From a bacterium (GTDB lineage: Bacteria > UBA8248), in assembly GCA_965261085.1 (NCBI GenBank), contig OZ253442.1, forward strand, positions 736,001 through 800,000: a stretch of DNA of 64,000 nt, written 5' to 3'. Positions 37,918-48,079 of the stretch are shown here, piece after piece. How positions within the stretch are numbered: the stretch's first letter is position 1; the number at the start of each line of letters is the position of its first letter. Position numbers and translations under genes: made by a program. A model generated the notes under the pieces. That model had not been told where the DNA came from. It did not search any database and saw only the letters and a program-made list of their open reading frames with translations.

Positions 37918-39439
37918 GGGGTTGTTGAATAACCCGGTTTCGGGAGCGGGCGGTATGGAGGGTCACGCGGCGGCGGACAGGAAGCCCACGCAGCTTGCGA
38001 GGCCGCGATGGACGCACAGAGGCTCTTCCCGGGCCGACCAGGCCCTCCAGAGGGCGAATAACCTTGCAGCAAGTGCGGCGGAGAGCCGCTTGAGGTTGAT
38101 CGCCGCCGCCGTCAGGTAGGACTGTATCTTCATGTTCTCAAGACCGCGCCGCACCGCGCGCGCAAGCCCGTGCCAGGTCTTCGCCTCGCCGTGGTAGCCC
38201 TCCGAGCGCCACATATGACGCCGGTACATCCGCCGCTCCTCCTCCCTCCATCGCGCATGGCGCCGGCGCGCGCGCAACAGCGCCGGATACGCATGCGGAA
38301 CCAACACCACCTTGCTCGACCACGCCTTCGGCAGGCAATCCTCGCGAAGCGCGCAGCCCGCGCAATCACGGGTCTTCGAACGATAATAACGCCCCCCCTT
38401 TGCGGGCCGACGGGGGCTCAGTATCTTGCCGCGCGGACACTTCACGATGTCGTGCCGCGCGTCGTAGCGGAACAGGCGCAACGGAACACGGCTCTGCGAG
38501 GGTTCCCTCTTCGCCGGAATGAGCGCGGCCACACCCCGGCGCTCCAGGGCCGCGTAGACCTTCGAGTAGGCGTAGCCAGAGTCCGCCGTCACCATCGCGG
38601 GCGCGCGCCCCGATACCTCGCATACCGCTTCCACCTGCGATTCGAGCACCTCACGCTCGTTCACCGTACCCTCCGTCACCGATACGTCGAGCACCACCCC
38701 GCGCGTGTCGTCCACCACAGCGTGCTGCTTGTAGCTCGGCTCGAATCCCCCGCCCGTTCTCGCCAGCCGCGCGTCCGGGTCCGTCCGGCTCACCTTCCCG
38801 GAACCCCCGCCACGGCGGCCTCCTCCACCCTTCTTCCCGGCCTCCTCCTCGACGGGGTTCTCCGCTATCACCTCGTCCACGTGACGCTCCACCAGACTCT
38901 CCCAACTCACGTCCGCGCGGATCAATGAGGCGTCCACGTGCACGACTTCGGCCTTGGCCACCTTCGCATCCAGGCACGCACGGACCGTGCGGCGGAATAT
39001 CTCCCGGAACCGGGCCTCCCCCCAGCGCTGCCGTATCCGCGTCAGGCTCGAATGATCCGGCAGCCGATCCTCCAGCCCGTAACCGATGAACCACCGGATC
39101 GCGATGTTCACCTGCGCCTCGCGCATCAACCGACGGTCGTGCACGAACCCCAGCAGAAGGCCCGCCAACATCAACCGAACCGCCACTTCGGGGTCGATCC
39201 CAGGACGGCCGTTGTCCGCGCAATAACAATCCGCCACTTCCTCGCGCAGCCAACTCAGGTCCAGAACGCGGTTCACGCGGGCCAATATGTGATCCTCGGG
39301 AATCAACCTCTCCAGCGAACCGGTGATGAACAAATCCATCTGGGCGCGGTTCTTGCGTCCCAACATCGCGGATATTCCCTTCTCGGGCGCGTAATATCCA
39401 TACATCCAAGCATAGAGTCAGGGGTTTTTCAACAACCCC
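37918..39439 (-). mobile_element. IS1182-family element, copy 2 (1522 bp)
   Basis: Same IRs, inverted relative to copy 1; flanks TCCTC and GATGA do not match each other. Confidence 0.93.
37963..39405 (-). CDS. IS1182-family transposase
   Basis: Matches copy 1 except an A/V change near the C-terminus. Confidence 0.93.
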   Translation of the reverse strand: MYGYYAPEKGISAMLGRKNRAQMDLFITGSLERLIPEDHILARVNRVLDLSWLREEVADCYCADNGRPGIDPEVAVRLMLAGLLLGFVHDRRLMREAQVNIAIRWFIGYGLEDRLPDHSSLTRIRQRWGEARFREIFRRTVRACLDAKVAKAEVVHVDASLIRADVSWESLVERHVDEVIAENPVEEEAGKKGGGGRRGGGSGKVSRTDPDARLARTGGGFEPSYKQHAVVDDTRGVVLDVSVTEGTVNEREVLESQVEAVCEVSGRAPAMVTADSGYAYSKVYAALERRGVAALIPAKREPSQSRVPLRLFRYDARHDIVKCPRGKILSPRRPAKGGRYYRSKTRDCAGCALREDCLPKAWSSKVVLVPHAYPALLRARRRHARWREEERRMYRRHMWRSEGYHGEAKTWHGLARAVRRGLENMKIQSYLTAAAINLKRLSAALAARLFALWRAWSAREEPLCVHRGLASCVGFLSAAA

Positions 39440-39518
39440 GATGAGGGAGGGATTGATCAATCTGAACGCCTCGTAGGGGAGAACCTGTGTGTTCTCCCTG
39501 TTGGTTTTGGATGCGTCT

Positions 39519-39900
39519 TTACGGATGCGCCCCATTTGTCAGCATCAAAATCCCCGCGATGCGTCTTGCCGTGTCCATGAAGTGCTGGACTTCTTCCGGC
39601 TTCAAGGGGCATTTGAGGATGGCCTGTTCGCGGTAGGAGAGCCATTTCTTCAAGACCTGATAGCTGCCTAGCTTGTAGTTCCAGACGGCGGCGGGGATGC
39701 ACCGCCACAAGGCTCGCTCGTTCAGATATACGTCGAAAGCCTTAGCCCAAGCACGGGCAGCGCATCGCCGAGAGCGGCGCGTTCTGCTTCCGTATAGGCC
39801 CGCTCGACGGCGTGGCCTCCGCCAGGCATCACGGCGTCCCCCGCTCCATAATGTCCCCAGCCCGCCGTTACGGCGAAATCATCGCTCATCATCTGGTTTC
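39519..39900 (-). pseudogene. C-terminal remnant of a type ISP-like restriction-modification enzyme
   Basis: FAVTAGWGHYG..VMPG, then a frameshift, then WRCIPAAVWNYKLGSYQVLKKWLSYRE..ARRIA; 5' part replaced by IS copy 3. Confidence 0.72.
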
Positions 39901-41357
39901 CGGCTGTCGTAGAAGGAACGCCTATGACGGCGCGGGTGAGCGAGATAGACATGCAGCCGGCGTTTCCGGGCGACGCGGGCCGTCCAGAGGGCGAATAACC
40001 TTGCCGCTAGAGCGGCGGCGAGCCGCTTGAGGTTGATCGCCGCCGCCGTCAGGTAGGACTGTATCTTCATGTTCTCAAGTCCCCGCCGCACCGCGCGCGC
40101 CAGTCCGTGCCAGGTCTTCGCCTCGCCGTGATAGCCCTCCGAACGCCACATATGGCGCCGGTACATCCGCCGCTCCTCCTCGCCCCATCGCGCATGGCGC
40201 CGGCGCGCGCGCAACAGCGCCGGATACGCATGCGGAACCAACACCACCTTGCTCGACCACGCCTTCGGCAGGCAATCCTCGCGAAGCGCGCAGCCCGCGC
40301 AATCACGCGTCCTCGAACGATAGTAGCGCCCCCGCTCCGTGTCCCGCCGGGGGCTCAGTGTCTTGCCGCGCGGACACTTCACGATGTTGTTCCGCGCGTC
40401 GTAGCGGAACAGGCGCAAGGGAACCCGGCTCTGCGAGGGTTCTTTCTTCGCCGGGATGAGCGCGGCGACGCCTCTGCGCTCCAGAGCCCCGTAGACCTTC
40501 GAGTAGGCGTAGCCCGAGTCCGCCGTCACCATCGCGGGCGCGCGCCCCGATACCTCGCATACCGCTTCCACCTGCGATTCGATCACCTCCCGCTCGTTCA
40601 CCGTACCATCCGTCACCGAAACGTCGAGCACAACGCCTCTCGCGTCGTCCACCGCCGCGTGCTGCTTGTAGCTCGGCTCGAATCCCCCGCGCCCGCCTGA
40701 TCTCGCAAGGCGCGCGTCCGGGTCCGTTCGGCTCACCTTCCCCGAACCCCCGCCCCGGCGGCCTCCTCCACCCTTCTTCCCGGCCTCCTCCTCCAAGGGG
40801 TTCTCCGCCATCACCTCGTCCACGTGACGCTCCACCAGACTCTCCCAACTCACGTCCGCGCGGATCAATGAGGCGTCCACGTGCACGACTTCGGCCTTGG
40901 CCACCTTCGCATCCAGGCACGCACGGACCGTGCGGCGGAATATCTCCCGGAACCGGGCCTCCCCCCAGCGCTGCCGTATCCGCGTCAGGCTCGAATGGTC
41001 CGGCAGCCGATCCTCCAGCCCGTAACCGATGAACCACCGGATCGCGAGGTTCACCTGCGCCTCGCGCATCAACCGACGGTCGTGCACGAACCCCAGCAGA
41101 AGGCCCGCCAGCATCAGGCGAACCGCCACCTCCGGGTCGACCCCCGGACGACCGTTGTCCGCGCAATAGCAGTCCGCCACCTCCTCGCGCAGCCAACTCA
41201 GGTCTAAAACGCGGTTCACGCGGGCCAGGATGTGATCTTCGGGAATCAACCTCTCCAGCGATCCGGTGATGAACAAATCCATCTGGGCGCGGTTCTTGCG
41301 TCCCAACATCTCGGGACCTCCCCATCTCGGGCGCGTAATATCCATACATCCAATCAT
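39879..41357 (-). CDS. IS1182-family transposase, diverged allele with altered C-terminus
   Basis: Same motifs as copy 1; tail differs after ARLFALW. Confidence 0.85.
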   Translation of the reverse strand: MIGCMDITRPRWGGPEMLGRKNRAQMDLFITGSLERLIPEDHILARVNRVLDLSWLREEVADCYCADNGRPGVDPEVAVRLMLAGLLLGFVHDRRLMREAQVNLAIRWFIGYGLEDRLPDHSSLTRIRQRWGEARFREIFRRTVRACLDAKVAKAEVVHVDASLIRADVSWESLVERHVDEVMAENPLEEEAGKKGGGGRRGGGSGKVSRTDPDARLARSGGRGGFEPSYKQHAAVDDARGVVLDVSVTDGTVNEREVIESQVEAVCEVSGRAPAMVTADSGYAYSKVYGALERRGVAALIPAKKEPSQSRVPLRLFRYDARNNIVKCPRGKTLSPRRDTERGRYYRSRTRDCAGCALREDCLPKAWSSKVVLVPHAYPALLRARRRHARWGEEERRMYRRHMWRSEGYHGEAKTWHGLARAVRRGLENMKIQSYLTAAAINLKRLAAALAARLFALWTARVARKRRLHVYLAHPRRHRRSFYDSRKPDDER

Positions 41358-41383
41358 AGAGTCAGGGGTTTTTCAACAACCCC
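39900..41383 (-). mobile_element. diverged IS1182-family element, copy 3, right IR not found
   Basis: Left IR ends at 41383, followed by TCCTC; many synonymous changes; homology decays near 39940. Confidence 0.85.
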
Positions 41384-41422
41384 TCCTCGCTCGCGTTTGA
41401 CCTTTCGGGGCGTAGGGAATTC

Positions 41423-41464
41423 CTGAAAATATCGATAAATTCACGGGGTTTTTCGATAAATAAA
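41423..41464 (-). repeat. AT-rich TTTATCGA double-box repeat, copy A
   Basis: Reverse complement TTTATTTATCGAAAAACCCCGTGAATTTATCGATATTTTCAG matches 51601 and 62528. Confidence 0.75.
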
Positions 41465-41608
41465 TGAAAGTGTAATGCAGGTGTAAGTAGTTGAATTATA
41501 AAGATATATTTCGCAGTATCCCTCTCGATTGACACGCTGGGCGCCCCTCTCTAGTATGGGGGAATACTCTTGGGAAGAGGCTCTTTAGGCCGCCGATGAG
41601 GAGTGGAT

Positions 41609-42085
41609 ATGCGAATCGGGAAATGGTTGTGCGCGCTGGCTTGTGTGGTCGTATTGGTGGTGTTTCTTCTCCCCTCATTTTCCGCCGGTGAGGATGAGCA
41701 GACGCTGCGCGGCGTGCAAAGGGTGCGCGTGCGAACGATGAAGAGCATCAGCCGCGCGATGCGCCGCATCAAGGTCTATTCGAAGAAGGCGAACTACAAG
41801 CGCGTCACGTCGGCGGCGGAGGAAATCGCGCTGCTCTCGTCGGCGATTCCGTACCTGAGCCCCAAGGGGAGTAATCTCGGCAAGACGCGGATCAAGGATG
41901 AAGTGTGGAGCCGGTTCGATGATTATACGAAAATGGCCAGGGCTTCGGCTCAAATCGCGAGAGACGTCGTGAAAGCGGCGGGGGCTGCGGATAAAGCCGC
42001 CGTGCTGAAGACGTTCTCCGCCTTGTCGGAGAGTTGCACGCAGTGCCACAAGCCGTACCGGAAGAAAAAGAGAAGAAGCAGATAA
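41609..42085 (+). CDS. cytochrome c' (class II cytochrome c)
   Basis: Signal peptide, helical body, C-terminal CTQCH heme motif. Confidence 0.88.
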   Translation: MRIGKWLCALACVVVLVVFLLPSFSAGEDEQTLRGVQRVRVRTMKSISRAMRRIKVYSKKANYKRVTSAAEEIALLSSAIPYLSPKGSNLGKTRIKDEVWSRFDDYTKMARASAQIARDVVKAAGAADKAAVLKTFSALSESCTQCHKPYRKKKRRSR

Positions 42086-42125
42086 ATCACAGCCGTTCCG
42101 CACATATATTCGAGGACGCGCATCA

Positions 42126-42995
42126 ATGACCCGGCCCACTATTCCAGGGCCTGACCCGGATACGAAAACGCCGAAATTCAAGGCCCCTCAAGGTGCGGCG
42201 GATTGCCATTTCCACGTCTTCGGGCCCGAAGCGGACTACCCCTACACCGAGCCCAGGCGCTATACGCCCGTTCAAGTGCTGGAGAGCGACTACCGGCGGA
42301 TGGCAGATGCGCTCGGCCTGGAGCGGGGCGTCGTGGTGCAGGCGAGCCCTTATGGCGCGGACAACGCGAGAGTGCTCGAGGCGGTTCGCGTCCTGGGCTC
42401 GGGCTATGTGGGCGTGGGCGTGGTGGATGCAAGTGTGTCCGAGGCGTGGCTCGATGAATTGAATAGGCTCGGCATCCGGGGAACCCGCATCAATTCGGCC
42501 TCAGGAGGCATAAGCGGAATCGAGCAGATGGGGGAGGTGGCCGCCAAAATAAAAGATTTCGGCTGGCACATCCAGTTTCATATGTATGCTGCGCAGTTGC
42601 CCGAATATGAACGGGAGATAAGGAAATTGCCCGTCGACGTGGTTTTTGATCATATGGGTCTTTTTCCCGCGGACCTGCCGCTCACGCACCCTGATTTCAA
42701 GTTGCTGCTGAACCTGCTGGAAAGAGGAAATGTGTGGGTGAAATTGAGTGGCGCCGAGCGCATTTCCAGGAGTGGCTCTCCTTACCATGACGCCACCCCG
42801 GTGGCGCGCGCCTTCATCGATGCCGCACCCGAGCGGGTAGTCTGGGGTACGGACTGGCCGCATACGAACGTGCAGCCCACGATTCCCAACGATGGTGATT
42901 TGATGAATCTTCTCGCGGAGTTTACGCCTGAGGAGAGCGTGCGCCGTAAAATATTGGTGGAAAACCCCGCCGTCCTCTATGAGTTCGGCCGGTAG
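42126..42995 (+). CDS. amidohydrolase_2 (LigI/PDC-lactonase-like)
   Basis: DCHFHVFGP, FDHMG, WVKLSG and WGTDWPH motifs. Confidence 0.9.
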   Translation: MTRPTIPGPDPDTKTPKFKAPQGAADCHFHVFGPEADYPYTEPRRYTPVQVLESDYRRMADALGLERGVVVQASPYGADNARVLEAVRVLGSGYVGVGVVDASVSEAWLDELNRLGIRGTRINSASGGISGIEQMGEVAAKIKDFGWHIQFHMYAAQLPEYEREIRKLPVDVVFDHMGLFPADLPLTHPDFKLLLNLLERGNVWVKLSGAERISRSGSPYHDATPVARAFIDAAPERVVWGTDWPHTNVQPTIPNDGDLMNLLAEFTPEESVRRKILVENPAVLYEFGR

Positions 42996-43026
42996 AAACG
43001 CAGCCCGGGCCGGATGATCTTACCGG

Positions 43027-44478
43027 CTAAAGCGTTAGTTTTTCTCTTAGTATTTCCTGTAAGGCCCTGGGATTGGCCTTACCCCCCGTCGCCTTCATCA
43101 CCTGGCCGACGAAAAAGCCCATGAGCTTCGTTTTTCCGCTCCGGTAGGCTTCGACTTCTGTTGGATTGGACGCAAGCACTTCTTTCACGACGTTCTCAAT
43201 CGCGCTCGTGTCCGTGATTTGTTTCAACCCTTTTTCTTCCACGATGGCCTCGGGGTCTTTGCCGCTCTCAGACATCGAGTCGAATACCGTCTTCGCAATT
43301 TTCCCGCTGATGGTGCCATCGGTGATGAGCGAAATCATTCTGGCCAGTCGCCGGGGGGAGATGGGGCATTTGTCGATGGTTATTTTTTTCTCGTTCAACA
43401 GGCGCAGGATATCGCCCATCACCCAGTTGCTCGCCGCTTTGGCTTGTTCCTTGCCGGCAGCCTCGACGACTTCATCGAAATAGGTCGCCAGTTCTTTTTC
43501 CGCCGTTAAGACTTCCGCATCGTACCGGGGGAGGCCGAACGCATCCTGAAAGCGCTTGTTCTTCGCGTCGGGCAATTCCGGCAATTGCGCGCGAACCTTA
43601 TCGAGCCATTTCGTGTCCACGGCGAGCGGCACCAGATCCGGGTCCGGGAAATAGCGATAATCATGAGCGTATTCTTTCGAACGCATCCCCCGCGTCACGC
43701 CGGTGGATTCATCCCAAAGCCTGGTCTCCTGGTGAATGGCGCCGCCTGAATCCAGGGTTTCACGCTGGCGTTTTTCTTCGTATTCGAGCGCCCGCCTGAG
43801 ATTCCTAAAAGAGTTCATGTTCTTGATTTCCACCTTCTCGCCGAATTCCTCTGAACCCTGGGGCCTCAGGGAAATGTTCGCGTCGCACCGCAAGCTGCCT
43901 TCCTGCATGTTGCCGTCGGATATCCCCAGATAGCACACCAGGGTCCTGAGTTTCCTCATATAGGATTCGGCGTCTTCGGGGTTTCTGAGTTCCGGTTCGG
44001 AGACGATTTCGAGCAGCGGCACGCCAGCCCGGTTCAGGTCCGAATAGGAATGGTTCGGGTCTCCCAGTTCGTCTCCATGAATCAGCTTGCCGGCATCTTC
44101 TTCCATATGAATCCTGGTGAGGTTGATGGTGGCATCTCGCCCATCCTTGGTTACGAAATGAACATGCCCGCCCGTGCAGATGGGTTCTTCGTACTGGCTG
44201 ATCTGGTATCCCTTGGGGAGGTCGGGATAGAAATAATGTTTTCGGGCGAAACGGCAGACTGGCGCGATATCCGCCCCGACGGCCAGCCCGAGCCTCAGGG
44301 TGAATTCGATGACTTCCCGGTTCAAGACCGGCAATACGCCGGGGAGCCCCAAGTCCACCGTGCAGGTGTGTTCATTGGGCCCTCCCCCGAATGCGGAGCT
44401 CGAGCCACAAAAGATTTTGCTTTTCGTATTCAACTGGGCATGTACTTCAAGGCCGATAACCGTTTCGTACGCCATCAT
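43027..44478 (-). CDS. gatB: Asp/Glu-tRNA amidotransferase subunit B
   Basis: IGLEVHAQL, HMEEDAGK, DLNRAGVPLLEIV and YRYFPDPD motifs. Confidence 0.98.
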   Translation of the reverse strand: MMAYETVIGLEVHAQLNTKSKIFCGSSSAFGGGPNEHTCTVDLGLPGVLPVLNREVIEFTLRLGLAVGADIAPVCRFARKHYFYPDLPKGYQISQYEEPICTGGHVHFVTKDGRDATINLTRIHMEEDAGKLIHGDELGDPNHSYSDLNRAGVPLLEIVSEPELRNPEDAESYMRKLRTLVCYLGISDGNMQEGSLRCDANISLRPQGSEEFGEKVEIKNMNSFRNLRRALEYEEKRQRETLDSGGAIHQETRLWDESTGVTRGMRSKEYAHDYRYFPDPDLVPLAVDTKWLDKVRAQLPELPDAKNKRFQDAFGLPRYDAEVLTAEKELATYFDEVVEAAGKEQAKAASNWVMGDILRLLNEKKITIDKCPISPRRLARMISLITDGTISGKIAKTVFDSMSESGKDPEAIVEEKGLKQITDTSAIENVVKEVLASNPTEVEAYRSGKTKLMGFFVGQVMKATGGKANPRALQEILREKLTL

Positions 44479-44501
44479 CTCCCTCAATCAAATAGTGCGT
44501 A

Positions 44502-45974
44502 TCACAGCTGCGGGAGCGCTTCGTGGTGCGTCGTTGCTCTTTCGAATGCCGCTGCCGCCTGAAGAATCGTTTTCTCGCCAAATGGTTTTCCCACCAACTG
44601 AAGTCCAACCGGCAAGCCGCTCGAAGTGAATCCGCAAGGTTGGCTGATGCCGGGAAGACCGGCCAGATTACAGGGTATGGTCAGGATGTCGGATAGATAC
44701 ATGCTGATGGGATCATCGAGGCGTTCACCAATCTCGAAGGCGGGAGTCGGCGCCGTGGCCGATAGTACGATGTCGACATTTTCGAATGCGGCCCTGAAAT
44801 CCTGGCAAATCAGCGTGCGGACCCTTTGCGCTTTCGTGTAAAACGCATCGTAATATCCTGAGGATAGCGCATACGTGCCCAGCATGATTCGGCGCTTTAC
44901 CTCGTCCCCGAAGCCGTTTTCCCGGCTCGCTGCATACATGCCGAACAAAGAGCCGTATGTGGAATCGACTTCTTTGCGCACGCCATAGCGGACACCGTCG
45001 TAACGCGCCAGGTTGCTGCTCGCCTCAGCGGGGGCGAGAATGTAATAAACAGGCAACGCATATTCGGTATGGGGGAGAGAGATTTCGAGAATTTCAGCTC
45101 CCTGACCCTCGAACACGGCGATTGCACTGCGAACCGCCGCCTCGACGTCGGGGTCCATTCCCTCGATGAAATACTCTTTGGGAATGCCGATTTTCAAACC
45201 GTTCACGCCATTTTCCAGGTTTTCCGTGTAGTCGGGAACCGGTTCGTTGGCCGAGGTGGAATCGCGGGGATCGTGACCACTGACTGCACCCAATAAAATG
45301 GCCGCATCTCCCACATTCGTTGCTAAAGGGCCTATTTGGTCCAGAGAACTGGCGAAGGCGATGAGTCCATAGCGCGAAATGCGTCCATAAGTGGGCTTCA
45401 TGCCCACGACACCACAGCACGCCGCCGGCTGGCGTATAGAGCCTCCGGTATCTGATCCTAAAGAAACGACACAAGATCGCGCCGCGACCGTGGCGGCGGA
45501 CCCGCCGCTGCTGCCTCCCGGGATTGTTTTCAGGTTCCACGGATTATGGGTAGGCCCAAACGCGCTTTGCTCGCATGATGAACCCATGGCGAATTCGTCC
45601 ATGTTCAATTTGCCGAGAATGATCACACCTGCCTTCTTCAGCCGGGCTACGGCGGTGGCGTCATACGGGGCTTCAAAATTTTCCAAAAACCGAGAACCAC
45701 AGGTGGTCTTCGTGTCTTTCATGCAAAGGAGGTCTTTTATGGCCACCGGTACACCTAGAAGCGGAGAATCATGGTCTCCAGTCCTGATTTTGTCATCAGC
45801 GGCGTGGGCGGCCCTAATGGCCTCGTCTCCAAGAACGCTTAAGTAGGCATGTACCCTATCTTCTGTTTCATTTATACGTTCAAGATAGGCCCGGGTTAGT
45901 TCCTCTGCGGTGAATTCTTTGGCCCTCAGGTTTTCCCTGATTTCTGTGATGGTGAGATAAAGCAGTTCGTTCAT
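44502..45974 (-). CDS. gatA: Asp/Glu-tRNA amidotransferase subunit A
   Basis: Amidase signature [35 protein letters not shown]. Confidence 0.98.
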   Translation of the reverse strand: MNELLYLTITEIRENLRAKEFTAEELTRAYLERINETEDRVHAYLSVLGDEAIRAAHAADDKIRTGDHDSPLLGVPVAIKDLLCMKDTKTTCGSRFLENFEAPYDATAVARLKKAGVIILGKLNMDEFAMGSSCEQSAFGPTHNPWNLKTIPGGSSGGSAATVAARSCVVSLGSDTGGSIRQPAACCGVVGMKPTYGRISRYGLIAFASSLDQIGPLATNVGDAAILLGAVSGHDPRDSTSANEPVPDYTENLENGVNGLKIGIPKEYFIEGMDPDVEAAVRSAIAVFEGQGAEILEISLPHTEYALPVYYILAPAEASSNLARYDGVRYGVRKEVDSTYGSLFGMYAASRENGFGDEVKRRIMLGTYALSSGYYDAFYTKAQRVRTLICQDFRAAFENVDIVLSATAPTPAFEIGERLDDPISMYLSDILTIPCNLAGLPGISQPCGFTSSGLPVGLQLVGKPFGEKTILQAAAAFERATTHHEALPQL

Positions 45975-46240
45975 TCGCCCTCCTTGTCATGTACCCATCG
46001 ACTAACATTCGTTTCAGAGGAAACACCAATAGCAAGCAGAACGTCAAACCCGATGCCAATAAAATTTTCAATACGGGGATCAGAAAAATCGATACTTCCC
46101 GCTTAGAATGTCCAGGTATTCAACATGGCTTTTTGTCCGATGCGGGCCGGATAAATGGTTCACCTTTTCTTGGATTCTGAGAATTGTTTTTTGCTCAGAA
46201 TGAAATATGACCTGGCTGCTTGTTGTCTTTTGTTTTTCCT

Positions 46241-46993
46241 TCATGGGCACCGAAGCAAAAAAGTAGCGTAATTGAGAAGCTGTTTTCCGCCACCGTTGTG
46301 GTAGATCTCAAGATCCTGTTGCCATCTGTCGAGTGTATCCTGGGCTTCACGCGAGTCCGTATATTCAAGCCGGTTCTCAAGAATGGAGCGGGCTTGTGGG
46401 GCAAGAAAAGCTTCCCATGTGTTTTCCGTTTCATGTTCTACAAATTCGACGCCATATCCCTGTGCCGTAAAGTGGGCCCAAAACTCTTCTACGTCAATTG
46501 GCTCGCAGGGAAGATAGGCATCGAGCCATCTCATCAATCGTTCGGACGGTATTTCCTCATCCGTCGATTTCCAAACTAGGCTGGAATAGGCAATCCATCC
46601 CCCGGGTTTCACGATCCGAGGCAAGCTCTTCAATTTGTCCGTAGTACTCGAAGGGTGGGCGGGCCCACACAAAAGCGCCAGATCGAAATAATCATCATCA
46701 AAAGGAAAGTCATTATTCTCATGATTCAGTAAATCTATAAGATGGGGCATATCTTCAAATAAGATTCGCCGCCTGCCATCTTCCACGAACTCAGGACGAT
46801 CGTCTAATCCGATTGCCGAGCATCCAAACATTTGCGCGAGCGAAATGACGCTCCCCCCTTTGCCGCACGATGCGTCAAAAACCAGGGAATTTGCCGACAA
46901 GCCGATATGATCACCAATCTTTTTGAGTGTATTTACCGAGATGGGAACGAGGAAATGATTGTGTTTGAAACGCTCGAACAAGTCGGATTGCAT
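46241..46993 (-). CDS. class I SAM-dependent methyltransferase
   Basis: VFDASCGKG motif I, FPFDDDYFD, VKPGG. Confidence 0.82.
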   Translation of the reverse strand: MQSDLFERFKHNHFLVPISVNTLKKIGDHIGLSANSLVFDASCGKGGSVISLAQMFGCSAIGLDDRPEFVEDGRRRILFEDMPHLIDLLNHENNDFPFDDDYFDLALLCGPAHPSSTTDKLKSLPRIVKPGGWIAYSSLVWKSTDEEIPSERLMRWLDAYLPCEPIDVEEFWAHFTAQGYGVEFVEHETENTWEAFLAPQARSILENRLEYTDSREAQDTLDRWQQDLEIYHNGGGKQLLNYATFLLRCP

Positions 46994-47153
46994 AAAACAA
47001 AATTGAAAGCGGTCTTAAAAAATCGAAAGGCCGATTAAATCGAGCATTAAAATAATCGTGCTCAATCCTAAAATTCCGCCAATGATGAGGGCGAACAATC
47101 CGAAAAGTTTTCCATACACCATGACTACGTTCTCCCAACTATAAGAACAACGG

Positions 47154-48077
47154 TTATTTCTTTTTGGTTTTTCCCTTTGTTGATGTTTTGGCAGGTTGAG
47201 ACTTGCTGATTTGCATGAATACCTTGCCGTCTTTCAGTACAGTAACACTTCCTGTTGACTCGCTGATAGCGAATGATATGGCTGTGCTTACTTCCGTTAT
47301 ACCCGCCCCAGCCATATGACGCGAACCCAATCCGGCTGGCAAATCATTTTCAGGTGCCGCGTTTAGGTGTCTGCCGGCGGCTTCGATGATTCCATCTCCC
47401 CGAATGACGAATGCTCCGTCGATGGCGCTGAATTCCTTGATGGTTTCGCGTAGAGCTGGGTCCATGATGTTTCTTTGCTCTTCCGGGTATCCATGAAAGG
47501 GATTGATTACGAGTTGGCGTGAATACTGAAGCACCAGATCGTGGTCTCCCAGCACAAAAAGCGCCCCGCGAGGTTTTCCTTCTCGTCCTTCAGCACCAAG
47601 TTCGAGGGCGAGCGACAAGACTGTTTCAAACACTTTCGGGTCTACACCCCCAACGGCGCTTTGGGTTTCCGATGTTTGGAGCATTTCTTTTTCACGGTCT
47701 AAATGAAAGACCATGAGGGTGTCAATCTCTTCGTTCTCAGGTAAGCCTGAAAGGCAGACCACGGTGTCATTCTGTGTGATGGAACCTTCGCTCAAAGCAA
47801 TGACGACACCCATCTTGATAATGTCGATTCGATTCAAGGATAAGGCGGGTAATTGCATCACCTTGCAATCTCGCTTTTCCAATTCTTCGTAAAGGTCGGG
47901 GGAACAGGTGGTGGTGAAACGCTCTACGCCCATGGGGAGGTCCATCAAGGCGTCAAGATTCTTCATCGCGTCAGCGTGAATGAAAATTGCCTTGGCCTCC
48001 AGTTCATTGCAGATTTGTGAAGCCGCGGCAATAATACTTTCACTGAGGCCAGCTTGCTTTTCGATCGGTGCTCTCAC
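47154..48077 (-). CDS. diadenylate cyclase (DisA_N/DAC domain, DacZ-like architecture)
   Basis: EGREGKPRGALF, KEFSAIDGA, GLGSRH and ISESTG motifs. Confidence 0.85.
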   Translation of the reverse strand: MRAPIEKQAGLSESIIAAASQICNELEAKAIFIHADAMKNLDALMDLPMGVERFTTTCSPDLYEELEKRDCKVMQLPALSLNRIDIIKMGVVIALSEGSITQNDTVVCLSGLPENEEIDTLMVFHLDREKEMLQTSETQSAVGGVDPKVFETVLSLALELGAEGREGKPRGALFVLGDHDLVLQYSRQLVINPFHGYPEEQRNIMDPALRETIKEFSAIDGAFVIRGDGIIEAAGRHLNAAPENDLPAGLGSRHMAGAGITEVSTAISFAISESTGSVTVLKDGKVFMQISKSQPAKTSTKGKTKKK

Positions 48078-48079
48078 CT

